A stretch of DNA of 49,097 bases from positions 1 to 49,097 of the forward strand of contig JACQYN010000003.1 of NCBI GenBank assembly GCA_016208235.1, in the 5' to 3' direction. Below are positions 39,105-47,460 of the stretch, piece after piece. The translations under genes were made by a program, and so were the position numbers. Source of the DNA: Deltaproteobacteria bacterium. Its GTDB lineage: Bacteria; Desulfobacterota; Desulfobaccia; Desulfobaccales; 0-14-0-80-60-11. Positions within the stretch are counted from its first letter, which is position 1; each line of letters begins with the position of its first letter. Below the pieces are notes generated by a model. That model was not told where the DNA came from. It saw nothing but the letters and a program-made list of their open reading frames with translations, and did not search any database.

Positions 39105-39518
39105 TCAAGTACGAACTTCCAGGGGCAATCGGCCAAGGATAGCCTTATGAATCTCATGGGCCACTTCCAAAGCCTCTTGTGTTTCCTGAAGGGTAGGTTC
39201 CTCCGGATCTCCAGGATAACGGAACTTCCAAGCGTACTCGGTCAAAGGCACCGCCCGGTCCACCTGTTTCCGTAAAGTGGCATCCAGATCCAGACACTGC
39301 TCGCCAAGCTCTTCCAAACTGTGGGTTTTGCGAAAAGGCACGCCGTGCCACATAAGGAAGGCTTTTAGACTTTTTTCCACTGCCTGCTGGCAGTGGAACG
39401 CGGCATCCGCAAGCAAAGGCGGGGATGCGGCCAGGTCATGCTGTGCGGCCCGGAGGTCCGTGGACGCTTTCCGCAACCAAGAATGGGTATCGGCCACGAG
39501 TACCGGGTCAAGCGGCAT
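39105..39518 (-). CDS. HEPN domain protein
   Basis: WLRKA..DL, FHCQQAVEKSLKA, KTHSLEEL, RYPG. Confidence 0.9.
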   Translation of the reverse strand: MPLDPVLVADTHSWLRKASTDLRAAQHDLAASPPLLADAAFHCQQAVEKSLKAFLMWHGVPFRKTHSLEELGEQCLDLDATLRKQVDRAVPLTEYAWKFRYPGDPEEPTLQETQEALEVAHEIHKAILGRLPLEVRT

Positions 39519-39846
39519 AGACCAGCTTTCCTTCCCGGATAATGGTGGCCGGGAGCGAGGCAGGAAGGTGTAGGCGGCTGTCAAAAGCCTCCCGGGTCCA
39601 TACCAAAACGTCAGCCGCGGCCCGGGTGCCCCGCAGAGCTTGATAAGCCAGGCGGCTCCGTCTTTTCTCCGGTGGGGCTTCATCTGGAACCACGATCATC
39701 AGATCGTAATCGCTGTCCGGGCCCGCGTCGCTCCTGGCTTTGGACCCGAAAAGATAAACCTGCTCCGGTTGGAAGGCCGCCACCAGGCGTCTCAGAATCT
39801 CCCGCAACACCTCATCATCCGGCAGGCTCGGTCTTTGGCTGGTCAT
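39508..39846 (-). CDS. Minimal nucleotidyltransferase (MNT)
   Basis: YLFGSKAR, SDYD, EGKLVYA; overlaps the HEPN start. Confidence 0.9.
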   Translation of the reverse strand: MTSQRPSLPDDEVLREILRRLVAAFQPEQVYLFGSKARSDAGPDSDYDLMIVVPDEAPPEKRRSRLAYQALRGTRAAADVLVWTREAFDSRLHLPASLPATIIREGKLVYAA

Positions 39847-39886
39847 TTCCCTAACCACTTAAAAATAAGCTTATTATTGCTTATCC

Positions 39887-41194
39887 CTATACCACAGAAT
39901 CCGTAATCCTGGTATCAAAAACCCTCTTGCTCTTCCGGTCCGTCCGGGGGAGTGCGCCGTATTCCACCACCTCCACCTCCGGGGTGACCAGGAGCTTGTG
40001 TTTGGCTGTGTAAATTATTTCCCGGCCCAACTCATCCGCCCGGCCCGGCTCCACCCCTTCCCCCCGCTCCACTTTGAGCAGCATGTGGTCCCGGCCTCCC
40101 GGATCCCGGGTCAGGTGGATCTGGTACTCGGAGCCCAGGCCCGGAATCTCCGAGAGAATCTTATCGATGCTGGAGGGGTAGATGTTCACCGCCCGGAACT
40201 TGAACATGTCGTCCGTGCGGCCCCGGATGCGGGAGTGCCGCGGCAAAATGGACCCGCAGGTGCAGGGCCCGGGGATGATGCGGGTGATGTCCCGGGTGCG
40301 GTAGCGGATCAGGGGCGCAGCCTCCTTGGTCAGCGTCGTCACCACCATCTCTCCCCATTCGCCGTCGGGGAGGGGTTCAAGCGTCTCCGGGTCCAGGATT
40401 TCCAGGATATAGTAGTCCCCCCAGTAATGGATGCAGTCATGGTCCGGGCACTCGATACCTGTCCCCGGCCCGTAAAGCTCGGTCATGCCGGGGATGTCGA
40501 AGAGCTCCACACCGCCGAAGAGTTCCGAGACCTTGCGGCGCATGGACACGCTGGAGCGCTCCGAGCCGTAGATGACCTTTTTCAGATTAATCTTGTCGGC
40601 GATCCCCCGTTTGTGCACCTCTTCGGCCATCAGCAGGCCCATGGACGCGGTGCAACACAAAACAGTGCTCTGGAGGTCCACCAGGAACTCGCAGTGCATG
40701 TCCACGTTCCCCGGGCCCACGGGCACGGCCATGGCCCCCAGTTTTTCCACCCCCGCCTGGAAGCCCACGCCTGCGGTCCACACGCCGTAGCCCACCGCGA
40801 TCTGCACCCGGTCCAAAGGCGTGACCCCGGCCATTTCGTAGGCCCGGGCGAAAAAGCGCTCCCAATCGTCGATGTCCTTTTGGGTATAGCAAAGAATCTT
40901 GCGCTTGCCCGTGGTGCCGGAGGAGGCGTGGATGCGCACAATCTGTTCAAACGGCACGGCCCGGAAGGGGAAGGGGTAGCCGTCCCGGAGGTCGTCCCCG
41001 GTGGTCAGGGGGAGCTTTTTCAGATCGTCCAGGGAACGGATATCATCAGGCGTGACGCCCGCGGCCTCCAATTGGGCCCGGTAAAAACTGGAGCCCTGGT
41101 AAGCGTGGCGCACGCTCCATTTCAGGCCCTGAAGCTGGTGGGCCTGAAGTTCTTCCACAGTTTTAAAAGAAGGCATAAAAGTTTGCTTGCTCAT
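39887..41194 (-). CDS. paaK: Phenylacetate-CoA ligase family protein
   Basis: IHASSGTTGK, PLIRYRTRD, GRTDDM; ANL-family pattern. Confidence 0.88.
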   Translation of the reverse strand: MSKQTFMPSFKTVEELQAHQLQGLKWSVRHAYQGSSFYRAQLEAAGVTPDDIRSLDDLKKLPLTTGDDLRDGYPFPFRAVPFEQIVRIHASSGTTGKRKILCYTQKDIDDWERFFARAYEMAGVTPLDRVQIAVGYGVWTAGVGFQAGVEKLGAMAVPVGPGNVDMHCEFLVDLQSTVLCCTASMGLLMAEEVHKRGIADKINLKKVIYGSERSSVSMRRKVSELFGGVELFDIPGMTELYGPGTGIECPDHDCIHYWGDYYILEILDPETLEPLPDGEWGEMVVTTLTKEAAPLIRYRTRDITRIIPGPCTCGSILPRHSRIRGRTDDMFKFRAVNIYPSSIDKILSEIPGLGSEYQIHLTRDPGGRDHMLLKVERGEGVEPGRADELGREIIYTAKHKLLVTPEVEVVEYGALPRTDRKSKRVFDTRITDSVV

Positions 41195-41912
41195 ATCCGG
41201 TTTTTCCAGTCTGATATTGCTTGTCGCTCCGGCCCTGGCCCACGATTTTGCCGTTGGCCAGCAAGTAAGCGGATTTGGACGCGGTCAGGGCCCGGGCCGC
41301 GTTCTGCTCCACCAACAGGATGGTCACCCCGGCCCGGGTGAGTTGTTTGATGATTTCGAAGATTTCATCGGTGATCAGTGGCGCCAGGCCCAAAGAAGGC
41401 TCATCCAGCAGCAGCAGCCGGGGCTGGGCCATCAGGGCCCGGCCCATGGCCGCCATCTGCTGCTCGCCGCCGGAGAGGGTGCCGGTGCGTTGGTTGATGC
41501 GCTCTTTCAGTTTGGGGAAGCGGGTAAAGACCTCCTCCAGGCGATTATAAACCTCTCCCCGGCTGATTTTCAGGGCCAGCGCGCCCAACTCCAGGTTTTC
41601 CTTCACCGTCAGGTCCCCGAACATCTCCCGGCCTTCGGGGCATAAGGCCACGCCCCGGGCAGCCATGGCCGCAGGCGGGCTGCCGGTGACGTCCTTGCCA
41701 TCCAGGATGATGCTCCCCCCGGAGGGGGGCACCAACCCCATGACGGCCTTCAGCAAACTGGTCTTCCCCGCGCCGTTGGCCCCCACCAGGGCCACGGTCT
41801 CCCCCCGGCCCACAGCTAGGGAGACGCCAAAAAGGGCCTGCGCCGCGCCGTAGTGAACGGTGAGGTTGGAGATATTCAATAAAACGTCATTTTTGTCGGC
41901 GGTTATGGTCAT
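41163..41912 (-). CDS. livF: Liv-type ABC ATP-binding protein (LivF-like), atypical C-terminus
   Basis: GANGAGKT, LSGGEQQM, LLLDEPSLGLAP, VEQN. Confidence 0.87.
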   Translation of the reverse strand: MTITADKNDVLLNISNLTVHYGAAQALFGVSLAVGRGETVALVGANGAGKTSLLKAVMGLVPPSGGSIILDGKDVTGSPPAAMAARGVALCPEGREMFGDLTVKENLELGALALKISRGEVYNRLEEVFTRFPKLKERINQRTGTLSGGEQQMAAMGRALMAQPRLLLLDEPSLGLAPLITDEIFEIIKQLTRAGVTILLVEQNAARALTASKSAYLLANGKIVGQGRSDKQYQTGKTGYEQANFYAFF

Positions 41913-42061
41913 TTTGCTTTATATAATAATCGCATGAAGGAGGAAGATGCACAATATGAGAGAAATCCGTTAACTAAGAATAAAGGGTTGAAGCACACTT
42001 GGGGTCATTCGCCTACGCACATGCCTCAATAATCGCCTTCTATATCGTCTGGTTTATCAAA

Positions 42062-42849
42062 TTAATTAATACGAATGCGGCCTTCATAGTCCCATTGATT
42101 GATTTTGGTTTTTCGGACTATATTTCTTATCAGCAGTTCATCTCGGCCAATTAGAAATCTTTCAGTATACTGGGCGACATTCAAGTTAATATTTCTAACT
42201 GTTTGTTTATTTGCTTTATGATGAATTAATAAATCTCCATGGTCCAACATGATTAGGCATGTGCTTTGAGAAATTGGAAAAACTTTGCGGACCCCTTTAA
42301 ATAATATTCCCATTCCATAAGGTCCTTTTGGAAAATCTTCAGAAGGAATTAAAACTATAGGATTATCGGTAGTTATAAAAGATGTGTCTTTAGGCGCATG
42401 TAGAAAAAGCCAATCCATTTGCTTAAAATGCTGAAATATATTAAAAGGACTCTTTCTTCATTGCAATACATCATCTTCAATGTATGCTTGATAATATTCT
42501 CATAAACATCATTAACTGATTTTTCAAAATCTGGGACGCGATTCATCATAAAGGCTATAAATAATGAAAGATTTTCTTTTTCTTCTGAAGTAATATTTTC
42601 CATATTAATAACTTTATTAAAAATATTCTTTGCGTTGCCCTCTATTTGTGATAACAACTGCTCAATATCAGTTACCTTATTCCCTCCACTATCTTCAAAA
42701 GTATAATAATTTGATTTCAAAGCGGTGTTTATGGGTGTTTGTATTCTGAACTCCTTTGATTTTCTGTCGAATATCCAAAAATTACCGTCTTTGCAGAAAT
42801 ATTGTAGATAAAATTGTGGCAAATAATGATGCCTTTTAGGTTTGGTCAC
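42062..42849 (-). pseudogene. DUF4238-like protein split into two frames, AT-rich
   Basis: KRHHYLPQFYL N-terminus (42373-42849) and FITTDNP...FPIS C part (42062-42418). Confidence 0.75.
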
Positions 42850-42935
42850 GTTAATTCCTCTGGGTTAGTCCTTTAGGGTGGGTATCGCCCACTATAACTT
42901 TAGCGGCGGACAGGTCCAGCTCCATGACGATATGC

Positions 42936-43595
42936 CTACACCTGCCAGGGCTCATCCGCCCTGATCTTTCCCGCCTCCCGGTTCTCCCGGTCCAGGGCCC
43001 AGTTTATGGGGTTGGCGGCAATGTATTCGGAGATGCGTTGCCATTCCTCCTCATCTCTGACGATACGTTCGTAATAGTTGCGCTGCCATAACTTCCCCGG
43101 GAAGGGCTGCCAGCCATATTCCCGAATGCCCCGGAGGTATTGGTGGGTCGTCATGGATTTAAACGCTTGGACGATACGCCCAATCGACCCTGCCGCGGTC
43201 CCCTGGGGACGAATTTTCCCGTAGGGGCGATCCTTGTGATCGCCCAGACGCCGGTCCCGGTCTAGGGATATAAAATTATCAGGAGGCGCACAAGAGGGGC
43301 GAATACAAGATTCGCCCCTACGGATGACCGCGATGGCATGGAAATGGTTGGGCATGAGAACCCTGGCGTCCAATTCCAGGACCGGAAACCGCCTGGGTAA
43401 TTCTTCCCAGGTCAGGAGAACCATTTCTCCAGAGGCATTGGGATGCATCGAGCCATCGACAATCTCGCCGAAAAGATATTCCCGATTCTGGGTGCAAACC
43501 GTGAGGAAATAGACCCCTTCCCGGGAATAATCCCAGCCGTGGAAACGCAGGGAGCGCCGCCGCTTTTGCGCCGATTTAATCATGCCGATGGCCAA
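42936..43595 (-). mobile_element. REP-associated tyrosine transposase (RAYT2) with an in-frame internal REP doublet
   Basis: RRSLR..WDYS..GVYFLT, LMPNHFH, FKSMTT, WQRNYYERIVR, YIAANP. Confidence 0.9.
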
Positions 43596-43612
43596 CCGTC
43601 CATGTCAGGCCC

Positions 43613-43696
43613 GTGGGGGCGAACCTTGTGTTCGCTTTAGTCGTGAGCATCCTACAGCATGGGCGCGTCAGGGGCGAATACAAGATTCGCCCCTAC
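43613..43696. repeat. GTAG REP doublet upstream of RAYT2
   Basis: gtgggggcgaaccttgtgttcgc...ggggcgaatacaagattcgcccctac. Confidence 0.85.
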
Positions 43697-43941
43697 GGAT
43701 TACGGATGTCTAGTTCCCCTCTCAAGGCCCGGAAATCAGGGAGATCGTCTCTCTCCCGCCACATCCCCCAGGCCTGCTGCAAGAGCGCCTGGCGGTCCCC
43801 TGGCTCCAGAGGTTTAAACCTGCAAATAAAATCGGCAATGGCCCGGCGAATCAATTCACTCTGCGTCTTGCCGGTTTGACGGGCAAGGTTGCGGAGCGCG
43901 TCCCGTTCCTTTTCCGTCAAATAAATCTGAGTCCTCACCAT
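43693..43941 (-). CDS. CopG/RHH antitoxin-like protein
   Basis: RTQIYL...SELIRRAI ribbon-helix-helix; WGMW..R.D VapB-like tail. Confidence 0.82.
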   Translation of the reverse strand: MVRTQIYLTEKERDALRNLARQTGKTQSELIRRAIADFICRFKPLEPGDRQALLQQAWGMWRERDDLPDFRALRGELDIRNP

Positions 43942-44144
43942 GGGGACTATCCTAAATGATGTATATAAATAATGGATAATAAATTTTCTTTTTTCAAGTA
44001 ACCTTAGAAATATATGGAGCTTCTGTCTTGGCGATCAGAAACTCCTGCCCTGTTCGCCGCGGCCTGGTAAAATTTCCCGGGAAGATTATATTATGATAAT
44101 GATGGTAGCAACAAAGGCGAAAGATTTACAGGAGAAGTTCAAGA

Positions 44145-44351
44145 ATGCAGGAATACCATGTTGATCCCTTCCCCGAGGTGGTGGAAGAACCGACCCAGTT
44201 GGTGACCGCGGTTTTTTCCCATCCTTTACACGGGCGGTTGGTGGAACGGCTCATTCTCTGGGTGCGGCCCCATTTGGACATGGAGGGCGAGCGCTATAAA
44301 CTGACCTGGTGGGGGAACGGAGTGGCCTATTATGAGCCGGTCAGCCGTTGA
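44145..44351 (+). CDS. Small hypothetical protein (68 aa)
   Basis: SD aggag upstream, host-like codon usage. Confidence 0.6.
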   Translation: MQEYHVDPFPEVVEEPTQLVTAVFSHPLHGRLVERLILWVRPHLDMEGERYKLTWWGNGVAYYEPVSR

Positions 44352-44391
44352 AGCCCCTGGATGGCCCAGGGAATGAGGGAAATGGCTTTTC

Positions 44392-44592
44392 TCAACTCTC
44401 CCGGAGAAGTGCCAACGCGGCCTCCAGGTGCTCCAGGATTTTATAATGGGATTCGCACAGGAGGCAGGGGACGATGTTGTCCCGACCCCGGGCGGTGAAG
44501 ATAGTTTCCCGGGTCCCTTCGCATTGGCAGTTTTGTGCGGCCTGCCGTACTTCCGCAACCAGCTGAGTCAGGGTCAAATTATCAATATCCAC
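44392..44592 (-). CDS. Small Cys-containing hypothetical protein (66 aa)
   Basis: SD aaaggag before GTG; CQC...CLLC..H. Confidence 0.6.
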   Translation of the reverse strand: MDIDNLTLTQLVAEVRQAAQNCQCEGTRETIFTARGRDNIVPCLLCESHYKILEHLEAALALLRES

Positions 44593-44808
44593 TTGTTAGC
44601 TCCTTTGAAGAACGGATTTCCCATAGTATCCCCTAGCCGCCGCCCCCCGGCAATATATATCGACCGCCGGCTGCAGGGCCGGGGTCATTCCTCCCCGGAG
44701 TAGCCTCCATAAGATCCCCACCGGCAGCGCGCCAACTTGACATCCCTACAAACAGCCTTAATTTGAGGGAAATTCAGGAAAAAACTTTCATCCAGAAAGG
44801 ACCAAACC

Positions 44809-45252
44809 ATGCGCGCGCCAAGGATTTTTATGGGTCTAGCCGTTCTGGCAATTGTCCTTCTGGCCGTCTCCCCCGGTATCGGCCAGCAATCTTATCCAGC
44901 CAAGGGCACAGTGTCCATTGACATCACCGGCGTGGCCGCAGGGGTAGGCGTCAGTTGGGGCTCGGGCACCCTTTCGTTCGAAGGTAAGCGCTATCCCTTT
45001 AGTATCCAGGGAGTCAGCGTGGGGGACGTGGGCATCTCCACGGCCCGGGCCGTGGGCACGGTCTATAACTTAAGGAGTGTGGCCGATTTTCCCGGCAATT
45101 ACATGGCAGTGGGCGCGGGGGTCACGGTGGCCGGAGGTATGGCCGGCCAGACCATGCAAAACCAGCGGGGGGTGATCATCGATCTTTATTCCGTAACCCA
45201 GGGGGTCCAACTGACCATCGGCCCCCAGGGTTTCAGCATCGAGATGCGGTAG
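44809..45252 (+). CDS. Secreted DUF1134/EipA-like protein
   Basis: Signal peptide; AAGVGVSWGSGTL, VYNL, FPGNY, MQNQRGV. Confidence 0.72.
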   Translation: MRAPRIFMGLAVLAIVLLAVSPGIGQQSYPAKGTVSIDITGVAAGVGVSWGSGTLSFEGKRYPFSIQGVSVGDVGISTARAVGTVYNLRSVADFPGNYMAVGAGVTVAGGMAGQTMQNQRGVIIDLYSVTQGVQLTIGPQGFSIEMR

Positions 45253-45482
45253 GCAGGCAGGGCCCCGGGGCCGGCTTGTAAGGGGCGAATACTGCGAAAA
45301 ACCGCGGTCTTAGCCCCTTGTTTCTTTGATATACATTAAACTTAATCTGTAATCTTTGAACGATTTTTTAATTTTTTTAGCCGAAAAACCGAAAAAGATA
45401 GGAGACCGCATGCTTGACTATCAGGCAGACGGTCTTAATTTGAAGAAAATGCAGAAAAAACTTTAAACAAAGAAAGGGCCAA

Positions 45483-45932
45483 ATGATGGGTGCGAAAAGG
45501 ATTCTTTGCAGTCTGGCTGTGGCGGCAATGCTTCTGGGCGTGGTGTGCGCGGTTGGGGCCCAACCCCAGGACCCTTATCCCATCGGGGAAGTGACCATTG
45601 AGAGCAAACAGATAGCCGCGGGCGTGGGCATTACCTGGGGAGATGGAACTCTGAAATACAAGGGCAAGGAATACAAATTCACCGTCCGGGGTCTGGACGC
45701 GGGCGCGGTGGGCATCTCCCGGATCAGCGCCAAGGGCGACGTCTACAACATGCAGAAAGTGGAAGACTTTGCTGGCAACTTCGTGTCGGCCCAGGCTGGC
45801 GTCGCAGTGATCAAAGGCCCTGTCGGTCTGTTAATGAGGAACGCCAAGGGCGTGGTCATCAACCTGAAGGCCACCCAGACGGGCGTGCAACTGAGCCTGG
45901 GAGCCCAGGGCCTGAGCATCGCCATGAAATAG
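45483..45932 (+). CDS. Secreted DUF1134/EipA-like protein (tandem paralogue)
   Basis: AAGVGITWGDGTL, VYNM, FAGNF, MRNAKGV; aligns with the 44809 gene. Confidence 0.72.
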   Translation: MMGAKRILCSLAVAAMLLGVVCAVGAQPQDPYPIGEVTIESKQIAAGVGITWGDGTLKYKGKEYKFTVRGLDAGAVGISRISAKGDVYNMQKVEDFAGNFVSAQAGVAVIKGPVGLLMRNAKGVVINLKATQTGVQLSLGAQGLSIAMK

Positions 45933-45956
45933 CGGGTCACCCCCAGAGAGATACTA

Positions 45957-46092
45957 ATACCAAGTTGCGGTCAAAAAAGTAACATTGTCATTCTGAGCGC
46001 AGCGAAGAATCTCAAAATACGAGATTCTTCACTCCGCTTCGCTCCGTTCAGAATGACAGCTCAATATTACTTCTATGACAGCAACTTGATAT
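45957..46092. repeat. Family B palindrome (45986-46058) nested in 26-bp outer inverted arms
   Basis: ataccaagttgcggtcaaaaaagtaa / ttacttctatgacagcaacttgatat. Confidence 0.85.
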
Positions 46093-46183
46093 AATCTATT
46101 CTTTCACGGGGGCGGGCTTAAGAAATACTGCCGGTTAACTCCCGGCCAAAGGCCTCCCTACTCTTTGACATATTCTGGACTGT

Positions 46184-46966
46184 TTAAGCCGTAAGGCTCA
46201 TCCGGCCCAGGTAGGCCTCGAGGACCAGGGGGTTGACCCGCACTTCGTCGGGGGTCCCGGCGGCGATGCGGCAGCCGCCGTCCAGGACCACCACCTGGTC
46301 CGACACCCCCATGACCATCTCCATGTCGTGCTCCACCAGGATCATGGTCTTCCCATACATGCGCATCTGCCGGATGAGTCCGGCGATCTGGGCGGTCTCT
46401 TCGGGATTGAGGCCGGCGACCGGCTCATCCAACAGGGTCAGCACGGGCTGGGACACAAAGGCCCGGGCCATTTCCACCCTTTTTTTGTCCCCGTAGGAGA
46501 GGACGCCTGCGGGCAGGGCTGCCTTGTCCGCCAGGCCGAAGGTGTTCAGGGCCTCCAGGGCCGTGAGCTTGAGGCGCCGCTCCCGGTTCCGCAGGCCCGG
46601 CAGCCTGAGCAACGCCTCCAGGAAGGAATCCCCGGCCTGGACCGTGAGGCCGCAGAGCACGTTGTCCAACACCGACAGGCGGGGGAAGAGGCGCAGGTTC
46701 TGGAAGGTGCGGGAGATCCCCAGTCGGGCCACCCGGGGGGCGGACATGCCGGCAATGTTGGCGCCGTCGAAGAGTATCTCCCCGGCATCCGGCTTGATAA
46801 CCCCGGAGAGACAATTGAGCAGGGTGGTCTTCCCCGCGCCGTTGGGACCGATGAGCGCGGTGACCTGGCCCCGGGCCGCCCGGAAACTAACCTCCGAGAG
46901 GGCCGGGAGGCCCCCGAAGCGTTTGCTGAGGCGAGAAATTTCCAGAAGGTTTTTAGACACGCGCAT
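46184..46966 (-). CDS. livG: Liv-type ABC ATP-binding protein (LivG-like)
   Basis: GPNGAGKT, RTFQN, LSYG, LDEPVAG, VEHDM, EAYLG. Confidence 0.92.
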   Translation of the reverse strand: MRVSKNLLEISRLSKRFGGLPALSEVSFRAARGQVTALIGPNGAGKTTLLNCLSGVIKPDAGEILFDGANIAGMSAPRVARLGISRTFQNLRLFPRLSVLDNVLCGLTVQAGDSFLEALLRLPGLRNRERRLKLTALEALNTFGLADKAALPAGVLSYGDKKRVEMARAFVSQPVLTLLDEPVAGLNPEETAQIAGLIRQMRMYGKTMILVEHDMEMVMGVSDQVVVLDGGCRIAAGTPDEVRVNPLVLEAYLGRMSLTA

Positions 46967-47363
46967 AACTTCTCATCTTCCCTGCCAGGAGGGGACCCAA
47001 AAGGGTAACCAGCAACACCAGGGGCCAAAGCCTTCCCTGGAAAACGTTATAATCCGCGAGGATAAGCTGCCAAGAAAGGCCCAGCAAATAGCGGCCGAAA
47101 AGGCATTCAAAGGCGATGGTCAACACCGTCCAAAATATCCCTAAACTCAAAAGGGCGTTTGGGGTCGCGTCCTTTAATTTTCTCACATAGATGTATATCA
47201 GCAGAAAAATACTTGCGCACACCAACAAGGTGCCGCCGGCCCTGCCGCCCAGGGGCCCTAACGCCGGGGTCAGAATTTTTTCCCGAACAACCCCGAAGGC
47301 GATGGCTACTGCCAGAAATCCCAACCAGAAGAAGAAAGCTTTTGCATAATTCATCAAAGGCAT
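46953..47363 (-). CDS. Hypothetical membrane protein (about 4 TM)
   Basis: Hydrophobic; GIFWTVLTIAFE, ADYNVFQGRLW. Confidence 0.72.
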   Translation of the reverse strand: MPLMNYAKAFFFWLGFLAVAIAFGVVREKILTPALGPLGGRAGGTLLVCASIFLLIYIYVRKLKDATPNALLSLGIFWTVLTIAFECLFGRYLLGLSWQLILADYNVFQGRLWPLVLLVTLLGPLLAGKMRSYARV

Positions 47364-47396
47364 CTTATGCCAATCCGCCAGCAAACGCGTATTTTT

Positions 47397-47450
47397 GCAG
47401 GGGCGAATCTTGTATTCGTCCTAAATTGCTGGGGGAACACAAGGTTCGTT
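47397..47450. repeat. Degenerate GTAG REP doublet (RAYT2 type)
   Basis: gcaggggcgaatcttgtattcgtcc...gggggaacacaaggttcg. Confidence 0.72.
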
Positions 47451-47460
47451 AAATTTGTTA

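Noticed and set aside
39519..39683. N-terminal extension of the HEPN ORF
   Set aside because: Overlaps the MNT gene; start at 39518 gives typical MNT-HEPN coupling
15025..47450. CRISPR array formed by the recurring repeats of about 25 bp
   Set aside because: Repeats are dispersed inverted doublets without regular unique spacers; no cas genes
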